Shown here piece after piece: positions 39,074 through 50,752 of a stretch of 64,000 bases of DNA (position 1 is its first letter; each line of letters opens with the position of its first letter). The stretch is from Phoronis australis. Lineage: Eukaryota > Animalia > Phoronida. Made by a program: the position numbers and the translations under genes. The notes below the pieces were generated by a model, which worked only from the letters and a program-made list of their open reading frames with translations, did no database searches and was not told the origin of the DNA. Location: the NCBI GenBank assembly GCA_002633005.1, contig NMRA01000428.1, forward strand, positions 225,998 through 289,997, in the 5' to 3' direction.

Positions 39074-39923
39074 TTTAAGGGAATGGAACTCAAGTTTGTT
39101 CTCAGGTATCATTACAATTTGGTATCTTAGAATGACACCAGTTCCCATGATATTTGGAAATTTGCGCTAAGGCGATGATGCAGATAACGCTGTTATGCAA
39201 GACAGTAGAGAGTTGGCTCTTCATCGCCTATGTTACTTAAAAACCTCCTTAGTCAGCGTGTCATTATAGAAATGGTTGCTTTAGGATGACTTATTTTCTA
39301 AATATGTTGAGAAAGCTAAAAAAAATAGAGTTAGAATGTGACAACAGAAAATATTGCTAGCAGCAGGGTGTATAGCATAGTATAATACGAAGATCATATT
39401 CAACGCTAATGACTTGCTATAAAACTAAAATCTTGCAACATTCCGTCAGACATCGCTCGTAGTTTTTGCTGGATTTTGTCGCCACAAAACATTTTTTAAA
39501 CTCGACTCGGGAATACTACGTGTGGCTTTTTATTGTGCTCTTTCGATGTTGTGATCAATTGATTATTGTTCAATTGCTATAGTAATGTACACACAGATTC
39601 TTTAATGTTCCTTCATGTTGTCATCAATTGTCCTTAAATACAGTACTTAAAATAAATATTCATTCATTGTAGTGATTATTTAAAGAACAGTATAAGAATG
39701 ATGGTTTATCCTTGCCCAGTAAATTTATTTCCAACTGCAAGAATGTAATCATGATAGTTATTGATCCTGACCGTCTTAATCGGTCTATATCCACATCAAC
39801 TCGTATACCGTCGATCTTACAATGTACCTCGCCGGTAGGGGTCGCGTTAACCTGTGAGGATGGTGAAAAGCGACGCAGCGACGACAGTGGTTTTTCTGCA
39901 GAGTGATTGCCGCCGTGGTGTGG

Positions 39924-40066
39924 TGTATTGTTCCCGGTTGTTCGGACTATGAAGCTGCGACAATCCATAATGCTGCGGAAGTGGCTCGCGGCAGTGAAGA
40001 ATGAAAATTACGCTGTTAATACCAAGTATGAGGCCGTGAAACATCTCAGTGTCTGGCCGACGAAGT
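39924..40066 (+). pseudogene. Degenerate THAP domain remnant
   Basis: CIVPGCS in one frame, then LRKWLAAVKNENY...KHLSV in another; terminal C-x2-H not intact. Confidence 0.5.
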
Positions 40067-42492
40067 GTTTTGTGAGTCTTATCGGTATTGGGTCAAATAT
40101 ACTCACGTCGTTTAAACTTATATTCGTAGAAATCTGTAATAATGCCAATGCTGTGGCCGCTAGGGTTCGCATCATTATAACGCTAAACTACATCCTCCCC
40201 TAATAAAACGTATATGGTAATTAAAGTCTCTCTAAACTAAATAAGTCCGTACGAGGCACTTAAGGAAGAGTTCGATAAACACAACACGATCACACGTAAT
40301 CCTTGAGGTGTGCCGGGCGACGCCTAATACGTAAAGATAATCTCACACTTGAAGTACTCATTTCTTCTGGACAAGAATCTGTCAGGTGATCCCTTCCATC
40401 TTCGTCGTCTCACGGTTCAGCCCGCAGGTGGCCCGTATTTTCGTCAGCGCGCGATTCACCAGGTGGGTTTCCGGCATGAACACGGAATCACCTTCCTTGA
40501 AGTTGTCGGGCTGAACATACCTCTTTTGGTCAGCGTAAAAGTTTCATTCTCAGCTTCTGACACTCTAAACAGCCTTTGATATGCTGCTCAACCAATGTAT
40601 CAGGGAACCAGACCTTTTCCCGTCGAATTTTGGTGATTTATTTGTGTAAAGCGATGAATTCAATCGATAAGCTGACACAATTAAGCGTGTTGTGAACTGT
40701 TGAACAGACTGTGTTAGAACCTGTGACGTTTTTGGTTAATTTTAACACCTCCATCTGCCGTCAGGTGTCAGATAAAAGAAATGTACTTGCTGTTGTCGAA
40801 TGGAACTACTTGATCTAAATTGATACAAAATAGCTATAGCTTGTTTTTGGACGCCATTCTCCTTTAACATGTTGTGGCATAGAACCCAGGGTTTGTTTTC
40901 ATGTATGTGCGTTTCGTTAGAATTTGTTGCCCCCACAATATCGACAGCTAAAACTTTGTGTATTGAGAAAGCAGAGTTGGATGCTCCACATTCAGGTAAA
41001 ATTTAAAATTCTGGGGAACTTTGGACAAATCATTTGACCGAATTCGAGAACCTGTTCATAGTTAATTATTTATATAAGTTTGGCAACGACAATTTTTTTT
41101 AATAGCACGATCAATCGGACGCTTTTAGTTGTTGATGCGGTCATTGTTCGAATGTTTGGTTAACTGTAATGCTGATGTATATTACTGTCTTCCCGTATCC
41201 AGTGTTGTTACACTTGAACCGATTACACTACCCCGTGTAGAACTGACAGCGGATGTTCTGCCTGTCAACATAAGCTCTACGATTACGAAAGAGCTTAGAT
41301 TTGACTAGATTGATGCCAGTGCCCATTTCTGTAATGATAGTAATATCACCTAATGGACACACTCACAATGATGTCGACGTGCCTAATCGACTGATTGGAA
41401 AGTATTCCAATCCTAGTCAGTGGTATTCCGTCATTTTTAATTGTTAATTACATGTATTCGCAATATTAAATATCTGCGTGAACAAATTTTCTTATCTTCA
41501 TTTCTTTCTAACTTTGTCTCTTCTGCCACATTCTTGTAGAAAACTAGTACTGTTTCTTTCTACCTGCAAGCTGTGATACATACGTGTATCTTGAATTTGA
41601 GAACTTTATATTGAAGTGTATTACTGGAATTTCCCCCTTGTTCAAGCTCAATACATAAATGTCAACAAGTGAAGATGTTTAATTGGATAAGCTATATAAT
41701 TATGTATTTTATGCTTTTCGACTCCGTGATAGCTTGCTGCACTCTTAAGTCATGTTGTTCTTTTTTACAGTGGGTCCACAGAAATAAATAGATTGGTTGT
41801 TTATGTTAAAAAAGACAAATTTCTAGACCCGCAGTGGAAATATGTTTTTTACTTCTCCAAATTCAAAGGTTGAGCTATCACTCAAATCGAATTTCCCACC
41901 AGTCATAGAGCAGTTTCATGTACCCCCAGTCCTTTCATTCACTGCCTCCCATAATACTGAGTCAACGAGGAACACATAGCAGAGAAAGATTTTGCGGAAA
42001 ACGTAGTTTTGGTCCTGAGGGAATTGTGTGTCTGCGTGAACTCGACCCGGTTGAAAACTAATGCACAGTGTCCAAGTCGCCGCCTGTACATTGTGTTCAC
42101 CAACACGACAAGTTATGAAAATAGAAAAATAGACCTCTTGTTCAGGGCGCACTTTAAAGAAGAAAGCAACCTTTTTTCGTGTCATTTTTTGTAAAAATAT
42201 TGTTCGTTGATTATGCCAGACATATGCTTCAGTTAATTACGATTCCCCGTATTGTTATTAATTAGTAGTAAACTACTCCAGAAGTGACCTTTAGGGGGTC
42301 CAGAGTTTCCCGCCATTTAGTTTCTAGTGCGTTAGAGTTACTGCGAGGATTTGTTGCACTGTTGTTGTTGTGTTTGTCTCATAAAATAGTTGTCACCACT
42401 TCCCATCGACGAGTATTCTACGACAAGCTAGGTTGACAGAGAACTCAATAACCTTAGATTTAAGAATCTTTTAATTTGTTGTGGCAGTGGGT

Positions 42493-42725
42493 GGATATGT
42501 GTTTGACCTTGAATATAGTGAGGCAAAAAACAGACAGCATTTGAGAGGGATGAGGCAGAGACTATGGACATACGTGGTGGGACGTCTTGGTGCAAATGCA
42601 AGGTATGCACTGTTATGCCGACCTCATTGGAATGCCTACGCTTTTCCCACTGGATGGTGACCTGAGCATCCAAACCGCTTACATCCAGCCGTGTTGCTCC
42701 TTGCCACACACCTGGCACCTTCTAA
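42493..42725 (+). pseudogene. KolX / P2X7 ballast-like Cys-rich domain remnant
   Basis: GYVFDLEYSE, then after a frameshift RGGTSWCKCKVCTVMPTSLECL, matching Y.FEP...WC.C..C..MPT..EC.CC. Confidence 0.65.
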
Positions 42726-43235
42726 ATACCTCCAATACTTTAGTTAAAGGAGCATGCAACCCAAAAAACAACAACCTAATTTGTATCAATTTAGATCAGT
42801 CGTTCTACTCGGTAATGCCACGTTCGGTTGCGTTACCTGACACCTGACGGCAGACGGATGTGTTGAAATCATCCAATGACGTCATTGGTTTCAAACGCAG
42901 TCTGTTCACAACACGGTTTACTGGTGTCAGCTTATCGCTTGAATTCATCATTTAACCCCAATAAACCATCAAATTTCGATGTAAAGCCCTTAAAAATACT
43001 CCGAGCTCTTATAAAAACGTGATTTTTATTTCGCCGTTACGGATTTATTGTTATTTGGACACACAGTAGCCTAAAAAGTTCGGCAGACCAATATTTACCA
43101 AGGTTCCGGTAGCAGGAGTTTGGGGTTTGTTCGAAGATAAATTCGAATTATTTTTCCGTGAATCATACAGACAGGAAAACCTAGATCTGTGTTGTTTAGA
43201 CTTGTATTTTTTATTTTTAAACACACAAAACGCTT

Positions 43236-43348
43236 GTTATCCCAGTCAGTGGCTCGGAACCCGATCAGGCCCGTCGCGGCCGGACTGACTTGATCGTTAT
43301 CCCGACCAGTGGCTCCTGATCCGATCATACCCGTTGCAGCCGGACTGA
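43236..43348. repeat. Two tandem ~60-bp GC-rich repeats
   Basis: GTTATCCC..CAGTGGCTC...CCGATCA..CCCGT.GC.GCCGGACTGA twice. Confidence 0.8.
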
Positions 43349-43915
43349 AGACATCACGAACATAAACCAGCCAAAGTTGGAAACTAAACTTCCATTTCAG
43401 AAAATACTATACTAGTGAGCCAAACTAGTAATGTGCAAGTGATTATGTTGGTGAATTAGCCACGAAACTGCAAATCTACTTACTCGTCCGGGGGCTGAGA
43501 ATTCAGGTTCCCCTATGACCACAGAACCGTCAGGGCAGAAGTTGTACATTTACAATCATTATTTGAATAATGCATATGTAAATAGATTCCCTTAACACCT
43601 GGCTGTGGGATAGAAAATAAATGAGTCATTGTTTCACAACAGTTTCTGTCAGCCAAACACTGAATTAGCATGAGCTCACACGGCCTCGGTGTCCGGTCAA
43701 GTAGTTTTATTGCACCTAAAGCCGGTAACGCAGTGATTAATTTCTTGATGGCTTCTCAAATCATTTGCACTCATGAACACCCCAAAGGCATTACAAATTG
43801 CATCTAATGAGACAGAATTTGTTTCAGTTTTATATAAGTATTGGTTAGGGTGAGAATAATTCATTTTGAAACAGGACGTTCAGTAATAAACGTCAACATG
43901 ACAACTTGCAATCAG

Positions 43916-44054
43916 AGGCTCATCCAACGAAGACTTCGCAGGTGGACCGTTGAGTTTCACAGGCTATCAGTTCGAACCGGAATACAGAGATGAAGAAATA
44001 CTAGAGAGGCGCCGTGAACAAGCTCAGGCAACGGAACGTATGGATAGTTATTTG
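43916..44054 (+). pseudogene. Exon-like N-terminal remnant of a second KolX/P2X7-like gene
   Basis: CAG/GTAAG-bounded; GYQFEPEYRDEEILERRREQAQATERMDSY; no downstream Cys-rich exon found. Confidence 0.5.
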
Positions 44055-45215
44055 GTAAGCTGACTTTCGTCAAACCCACTGTCGACGACTGTAGGCCACA
44101 GACACATAGATGTTTCACGTATGGCCTTCATACTTGCTATTTACAGCGAACTTTTCATTCTTCACTTTCTAAGAATTTCGGACTCTCGAGGAAATCGAAA
44201 AAACGATATTCCCGCATTTCTTGCAACTGCATAGTTCGAAAAATCGAGAACGATACACCGCAACGTTTATCTGGGATAATGAACGTACCGTATTGTAACT
44301 AAAATTGACATAAAAAAGGTTGCCTTCTCCTTTAACCACCTACTCAATTTCTGTTCTTAATTTCGTACTTGGTTTTTTGAAACAAGGCTCCCCGGCGCGT
44401 GCTTTCTATAATGTGTTGACCTATTTACTGGGAACTCGACCTTCGACCTAGTTTTACTCGATTCACTGAAAACCCACTTGCAAACTTAAACGTTTAAGTG
44501 AAAATTAAGTTACTTAAGCGCTGCAAATTCTGTTGACATTGGGAGTGAATGCTGAAATAGTGACCATGTTTAAGACATGCTTAGGTTATAGTGACCAAAA
44601 ACATTATTGATTTTACTGAAATTTTGCAGCTAACATATTTATTTATTAATCTCATCTTTTCATAATCCTTGAACTTCCCTCTTTCAGAACATATATACTT
44701 TCAGTGATTGACACAGTCTAGTTTATCTGGTAATTGATTTTTAACTAAGGTTCTTCAATAATATCCTACATAAAAACAGACCTGTTGATTAACTAATCCC
44801 GATTTTGTCTCAGATTTTTGCATCGAAAGCAACGTGCCTGGAATGGACACTCAATAGCGACGATTTACTGCAGGTGGACAAAACTCACGTATTTAAATTT
44901 CTTATTTAACTCCATATTTATCTGAGACAGTGGCAAAACCAACACCAACACGAGTGTAACTCTAGCGCTATGCTGTAGCTCTGTGAAGAAGAATGGTCAA
45001 GAATTTTGATGTGCTCCCGTAGAGTCTATGTCGCAGTCGCTGAACGGACCTTACGACTAAAATGTGGCATGAAACAGTATTAAACATTAACTCAACTGAG
45101 TTTCTTAAAGCTATATTGCGAATTTGTGGGTTGTGAAAACACTGATTGTGCTTTCTTTTGCTGTTTGAGTCTCAATAATGTCTTTGATACACATCGAGAG
45201 TGAACTCTCCACATT

Positions 45216-46190
45216 ATGGAAAAAAGTATGGGCCTTTCCTGCAACCACACCAAGTCTCTATCGCCTTCCGGTTATGGCCGAGACAACACGTGTATTCTAA
45301 CAGGGAGAGTTTTCTCCGTTTCGAGAGGTATATCTGTTTCTACGGAGGGTCAAATTTGTTGCATACTATTCTTCATAATGGATGTCGCTCACAAACGACT
45401 TGCTAGTAAGAACAGTGCCGAGTTAAAGGCTTCTACACCCAATGCCAAGCCATTGAAGCAATCTACTCTAACACCTCTGACATCAAAGCCAATGGCCGGC
45501 TCTGGCACCGGGCCTCAGTCAGGATTCGGCATCAAGCAAGAAATAAAAGACGCGCTCCTAGACAGCGAAATTAAAGGTTTCTTCACGGAATTACTGCAAT
45601 CGCTTGTTTCTGCTCAAAGTACTGCCATTCGTGAACTTTTAGAGGCCAAAGACCGTGAGATCGATGTTTTGAAAAATGAGACTGCCGCCATGAAGAGTCA
45701 TTTTGAGCACAAAATCGAAAACCTTGAAGTTATGTTGGATGAACAACAAGCCTATGGCCGTCGAAACAGTCTCATAATAAGTGGTTATGAAGAGATAAGA
45801 GGTGAGAACACGGATGACATTATACTTTCTCTTGCTAAGCGTATGAGCGCCGAGATTGATATCAGAGACATTAGTCGCAGCCATCGTCTTGGCGCACCCC
45901 CCGAGTCTTCTACCTCAGGTAAACCAAGACCTATCATTGTGAAGTTTGTCTCCTTCAAATCGAGAACCAAGTTCATTGTGAATCGAAAAGCATTGTACAA
46001 ATCGGACAAGCCTTTGTTTGTGAACGAGAACTTAACCCCAAAAAGAGCGCAGGTTTTCAGGAAATGCCGCGATTTAGTCAAGCGAAAGTCTGTTCTGAGC
46101 TGCTGGACATTTGTGGGTAAAGTTTTTATTAAACGTCTTGACAACTCGGTAACCTGTGTCAAGGATCTGTCAGACTTGAGTGAGCTATAG
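45216..46190 (+). CDS. LINE ORF1 (coiled coil + RRM-like RNA-binding protein); start may be ATG 45378
   Basis: DEQQAYGRRNSLIISG, DISRSHRLG, KPRPIIVKF, LFVNENLT, CWTFVGKVFIK. Confidence 0.9.
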   Translation: MEKSMGLSCNHTKSLSPSGYGRDNTCILTGRVFSVSRGISVSTEGQICCILFFIMDVAHKRLASKNSAELKASTPNAKPLKQSTLTPLTSKPMAGSGTGPQSGFGIKQEIKDALLDSEIKGFFTELLQSLVSAQSTAIRELLEAKDREIDVLKNETAAMKSHFEHKIENLEVMLDEQQAYGRRNSLIISGYEEIRGENTDDIILSLAKRMSAEIDIRDISRSHRLGAPPESSTSGKPRPIIVKFVSFKSRTKFIVNRKALYKSDKPLFVNENLTPKRAQVFRKCRDLVKRKSVLSCWTFVGKVFIKRLDNSVTCVKDLSDLSEL

Positions 46191-46623
46191 TTTCTACTCT
46201 TGGATAGTTTGAATTCATTCTACTGTTAGGCCTAGTGGTCTCACATTTACAATACTCTGCCACGGGTGGTGAATTCTAGTGTTTCCTAGTCTTATCATGA
46301 GTTGCAGGGTTTCATGAACCTGCGTGAGTTTATTGTTACATTGTTTCCTACTTTACATATTCTGCTTATAGAGCTGTCAATCACTGTCGCATTTCGCTTG
46401 TATTAGTTGTTTGAACTGGGTGTTTGATCTCCTGCTGGGTAAGCTCGGTCCACATGCACAGTTGGTTCTCTGACATCTTTCATTGGCCCGCCCACTCTGT
46501 TGTATTATGATTCTCTCCCGGGGAAAATTTCCATCCACTGCTAGTGTCCCGTAGACACCTATCAGTGTTGTTGTTTTGCCATTTATCTTTATTTTCGTTG
46601 CAGTATACACTTTATTACACTAC

Positions 46624-49600
46624 ATGGATATGTTAAATAACTTTGGTGGTATTAATGTCAATAGTTTTGTTCATTTGCTTGGTGATAAAAATGATGAGAT
46701 TGGGTCTGGTGCACTCAAGTCCTCTCCCTATTATGATAGTGATTCATTCAGAGCTTTTGCTCTTAAACACAAAGATGACTTTTGTATGTTATCTTTAAAC
46801 ATACAAAGTATCCGAGCTAAGTTTGATGGCCTGTTCCTGTTTCTCCGTCAACTGTCCCAGTTGAATTTTCATTTTAGTGTAATTTGTTTGCAGGAAACTT
46901 GGCTTGATGATGATGCTGACCTCTCATTGTTTCAAATTGATAATTACTCTTGTGTTTCCCAGGGTAAGAAATGTTGTGGCCATGGTGGCCTTATTATTTA
47001 CATCCACAATTCATTGGAGTATAAACCCTCCAAAATTAAAAGTGATTCTACAGTTTTTGAGTCACTATTTGTGACCTTAGTTGGGACCATTCATAGGAAA
47101 AATGTTATTGTTGGCAATATTTATAAACCTCCCAAAGAAAATGACAATTTAAACATACGCACATTTCTAGATGATTTTAATCCATTGGTTAATAAACTTG
47201 GGCAAACCAACTCTCATGTCATGTTGGCAGGTGATTTTAATATCAATATCTTAAAAGTGGATGAGAGGCCCTTGTTTGGAGAATTCTACAACACTGTGTC
47301 ATTAAATGGTTTTACTCCAACCATTACCTTTCCCACTCGTTTCTCTGAGTTTTCTGCTTCACTTATTGACAACATTTTCTACAAATTTAATAGCCGTTCT
47401 AACATTGATCCAGTTTCCGGGATCTATTTTTCCAATATCTCTGATCATCTACCTATTTTCTCTTGTTTTAAGAGAACATTAAAAAAGGCGAGAGCTCCCA
47501 AATTTGCTTACAGAAATGTCATTAATGATGATTGTTTGAAAAGGGTGTATGATGAATTTTCGTCATACAATGTACTTTCTCACATGGATACAAATTTGAA
47601 TGGTGATCCCAATATGAATTACAATTTACTTCAGGACTCTGTTCTTGCTTGTTTAAATAAGTTCAATACAGTAAGAAAAGTAAGATTCAATAAATATAAG
47701 CACAAAAAGAATATTTGGATCTCCCAAGGTATTTTAAACTCTCTTAGGTTTAGAGACAGGCTTTATAAACGACTCAAGTCAACCCCTCAAAGTGCTATTA
47801 ATTATGTCTCATTAAAAACAAACCTAAAAACCTATAACATTATTCTAAAAAAAGTTTTGAAAAGGGCTAAGAGACTTTATTATCACAATCAGTTTCGGGC
47901 ACATGCTGGTTCTCCCAAGGACACTTGGAAAGAAATTAATAATTTACTGAATAGAAATGTCTTATCGAATAATCCTACTAGATTGAAGATAAATGATGAA
48001 ATAGTTTGTGACGAGGGTGAGATTGTTAATCATTTTAATAATTATTTTAGTAATATTGCCTCACACTCCCTACCTATTCATTCTTCAAGTATCTCACACA
48101 TGTCTTTTTTAGATAGTGACTCCGCTGCTACATGCAGATTTGATTTTGAACCAATCTCTCCAATTGATATTAGAAAAGTAATTAATTCTTTTCCAGCTAA
48201 ACCTACCTGTGGTCATGATGGCATATCTATGAAAATAATAAAATATCTAAATAATCTATTGATTGAACCATTGTGTGTTGTGTTTAACCAGTCCATTTTC
48301 AATCAAATTTTTCCAGACAACATGAAAATTGCCAAGGTTATTCCTGTATTTAAAAAAGGGGACCCGTTGTTTTTAGATAATTACAGGCCTATCTCTGTTC
48401 TTCCTTGCTTTTCTAAGATTTTTGAAAAACTTATTTATAATCAACTTTACGAATATTTTCAATCTAATGGCTTGCTACATCCTGCCCAATATGGTTTTCG
48501 TGGGGGGCACTCAACAGAACTGGCTTTAGTTGAAATTATGGATAGAATTGTCAAGGCTATGGAAAATAATAAATTACCCCTGGCCATTCTAATTGATCTT
48601 TCCAAAGCTTTTGACTCTTTAAGTCATTCAATTTTGCTTGACAAACTTTTATATTATGGTTGTAACCCCTTGTCTTTAAGTTTCTTGAGAAACTATTTCT
48701 CTAATCGGGCTCAGTATGTTCAAATTAACAACACAAAATCTAACACAGTTCCAATTCTACGAGGTGTCCCACAGGGGTCTATATTGGGTCCGTTATTATT
48801 CATCATTTATATGAATGATTTTGTGAAGTGCACAAGTTTCTTTGACTGCATACTCTATGCTGATGATACTACTATTATTAATAGTATTCATAGCACATTG
48901 TCTGTTAATGAGTCACGCATGTTTTGTGCGGAGCTGGAGAAAATTCAGTCTTGGTTAAACGTAAATGGACTGGTTTTAAATGCAACTAAAACAAAATTCA
49001 TGGTTTTTCATAAACCCCCAAAACGTATTGATGATTTTTATTTAAAGTTTAATAATTTGGAAATTGAAAGAGTTCGTTCTTTCAATTTACTTGGTGTTAC
49101 CATCAACGAAAACTTGTTATGGAGTCCACACATAAACAATTTGTTGAGAAAGATAAGCAGATTCTGTGGTGTTCTTAATAACATAAAACATTTCTTGCCC
49201 TTTGAAACTTTGAAAACTATATATAATGGCCTTGTCCTTCCTCATTTTAATTATGGCATTCTGCTATGGGGGTGTGAACATCACAGAATATTTAAATTAC
49301 AGAAAAAGGTTATTCGCAATATTACCTCTAGTCATTTTAATGCCCATACAGATCCTTTATTTAAGACTACACAGTTACTCAAAATAAAGGACTTGTATGT
49401 TGTTGCTATTATTAAATTTTTCTACAAATATGTTCATAATTACTTACCTTTATTTTTTAACACGTTCAATTTAATTACTCGTGGGTCTGTTCATGAACAT
49501 TACACTAGGCAACGACATCTTTTACATACTCCCCGTTGTACTAAATCATTTGTTGAAGATTCAGTTCGAAATGCCCTACCTCATATCATTAATAACCTTC

Positions 49601-49734
49601 CTGAAAGTGTCTACCAAAAACTTTTTACCCATTCGTTATCCTCTGTTATAAATTATTTTAAGAATGTTTGTTTTGAAAATTATGAACTTGAGTGCACTAT
49701 TCCCAACTGCTTTGTATGTAACTATTTTCGATAA
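46624..49734 (+). CDS. LINE ORF2 (APE endonuclease + reverse transcriptase), uninterrupted
   Basis: SLNIQSI, CLQETW, AGDFN, IDNIF, SDHLP; NYRPIS, QYGFR, DLSKAFD, GVPQGSILGP, YADDT; C-terminal CTIPNCFVC. First ATG at 46624. Confidence 0.95.
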   Translation: MDMLNNFGGINVNSFVHLLGDKNDEIGSGALKSSPYYDSDSFRAFALKHKDDFCMLSLNIQSIRAKFDGLFLFLRQLSQLNFHFSVICLQETWLDDDADLSLFQIDNYSCVSQGKKCCGHGGLIIYIHNSLEYKPSKIKSDSTVFESLFVTLVGTIHRKNVIVGNIYKPPKENDNLNIRTFLDDFNPLVNKLGQTNSHVMLAGDFNINILKVDERPLFGEFYNTVSLNGFTPTITFPTRFSEFSASLIDNIFYKFNSRSNIDPVSGIYFSNISDHLPIFSCFKRTLKKARAPKFAYRNVINDDCLKRVYDEFSSYNVLSHMDTNLNGDPNMNYNLLQDSVLACLNKFNTVRKVRFNKYKHKKNIWISQGILNSLRFRDRLYKRLKSTPQSAINYVSLKTNLKTYNIILKKVLKRAKRLYYHNQFRAHAGSPKDTWKEINNLLNRNVLSNNPTRLKINDEIVCDEGEIVNHFNNYFSNIASHSLPIHSSSISHMSFLDSDSAATCRFDFEPISPIDIRKVINSFPAKPTCGHDGISMKIIKYLNNLLIEPLCVVFNQSIFNQIFPDNMKIAKVIPVFKKGDPLFLDNYRPISVLPCFSKIFEKLIYNQLYEYFQSNGLLHPAQYGFRGGHSTELALVEIMDRIVKAMENNKLPLAILIDLSKAFDSLSHSILLDKLLYYGCNPLSLSFLRNYFSNRAQYVQINNTKSNTVPILRGVPQGSILGPLLFIIYMNDFVKCTSFFDCILYADDTTIINSIHSTLSVNESRMFCAELEKIQSWLNVNGLVLNATKTKFMVFHKPPKRIDDFYLKFNNLEIERVRSFNLLGVTINENLLWSPHINNLLRKISRFCGVLNNIKHFLPFETLKTIYNGLVLPHFNYGILLWGCEHHRIFKLQKKVIRNITSSHFNAHTDPLFKTTQLLKIKDLYVVAIIKFFYKYVHNYLPLFFNTFNLITRGSVHEHYTRQRHLLHTPRCTKSFVEDSVRNALPHIINNLPESVYQKLFTHSLSSVINYFKNVCFENYELECTIPNCFVCNYFR

Positions 49735-50310
49735 TCTCTCCCAGTCTTTACACAAGTAGTTTTAAAGTACATCATCACCTAATTTTTATAGTTCTGCTTA
49801 TCTGTAACGCTGTATTTTTTCTTTCTTATTCTCTGGTGGCTCCGTGGTCAGCGGACCTCTCGGGTCCTTCACGGAGTCTCCATAAGCGTAAATTTGTATC
49901 AACTGTATTTTTTGGTTTTTGACTTAAAGTGAATAAAGTGTATTACTACTACTACTACTACTCTAATTACTTTGACTCAACCAAGGGCTCAGCTTGTAAT
50001 TGTATTAGAAAATCTCATTAGTCAAAGAAGAGTTTACAATGGAAATAAATTGACACAAAACAACAGTTAACTGTGTGAGTAAAGAACGACACAAATACGC
50101 AGTATATTTAGGAAACTTGGTTGAGTAACTATTCTGGACTGTTTCATACAAACGGGCGCAGGTTCCATACTCCTACCCATGTAAAGGTCAAATGATACAA
50201 ATTATGGCCAGTAAGAAGTAAAGCATGTCCCCTATAGTATGTAACATCTGCAAGAATGAAGAATCCAGGTAATTCAATAGAATAACGGACCCGTACGTAT
50301 GACGTATGAT

Positions 50311-50752
50311 AGCATTCCTATACATGATGGCAGGAAGTGTCCTTCAGAGTATCAGCATTCATATACATGACGACAGGATGCGTCATTCAGTGGAGCAGCA
50401 TTCATATACATGAAGGCAGGACGTGTCCTTCAGGGTAGCAGCATTCTTATACATGAAGACAGGATGTGTCATTAAGTACAGCAGCATTCATATGCATGAA
50501 GGCAGGACGTGTCCTTCAGGGTAGCAGCATTCATATACATGAATGCAGGGCGTGCCATTCAGCGGGCAGCATGCATGTACATGAAGGCAGGACGTATCAT
50601 TCAGTGGAGCAGCATTCATATACATGAAGGCAGGACGTGTCATTCAGTAGGCAGCATTCTTATACATGAAGGCAGGAGGGGTCATTTAGTGTACAGTAGC
50701 AGCATTCATATACCTAAAGGCAGGAGGTGTCATTCAGTGGAGCATCATTCAT
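50311..50752. repeat. ~43-bp minisatellite, left part
   Basis: Unit AGCAGCATTCATATACATGAAGGCAGGACGTGTCATTCAGTGG, about 10 copies. Confidence 0.95.

Larger units (their letters stand above)
44965..49959 (+). mobile_element. Apparently full-length CR1/L2-group LINE
   Basis: Intact ORF1 and ORF2; 3' stem-loop at ~49838-49877; AATAAA then (TAC)n tail; candidate 6-bp TSD ACTCTA (44959-44964, 49960-49965). The 5' end rests only on this TSD. Confidence 0.88.

Noticed and set aside
40400-40560. Minus-strand QKRY...FKEGDSVF resembling a Gypsy integrase C-terminus
   Set aside because: Too short, with no other pol motifs or LTR nearby.
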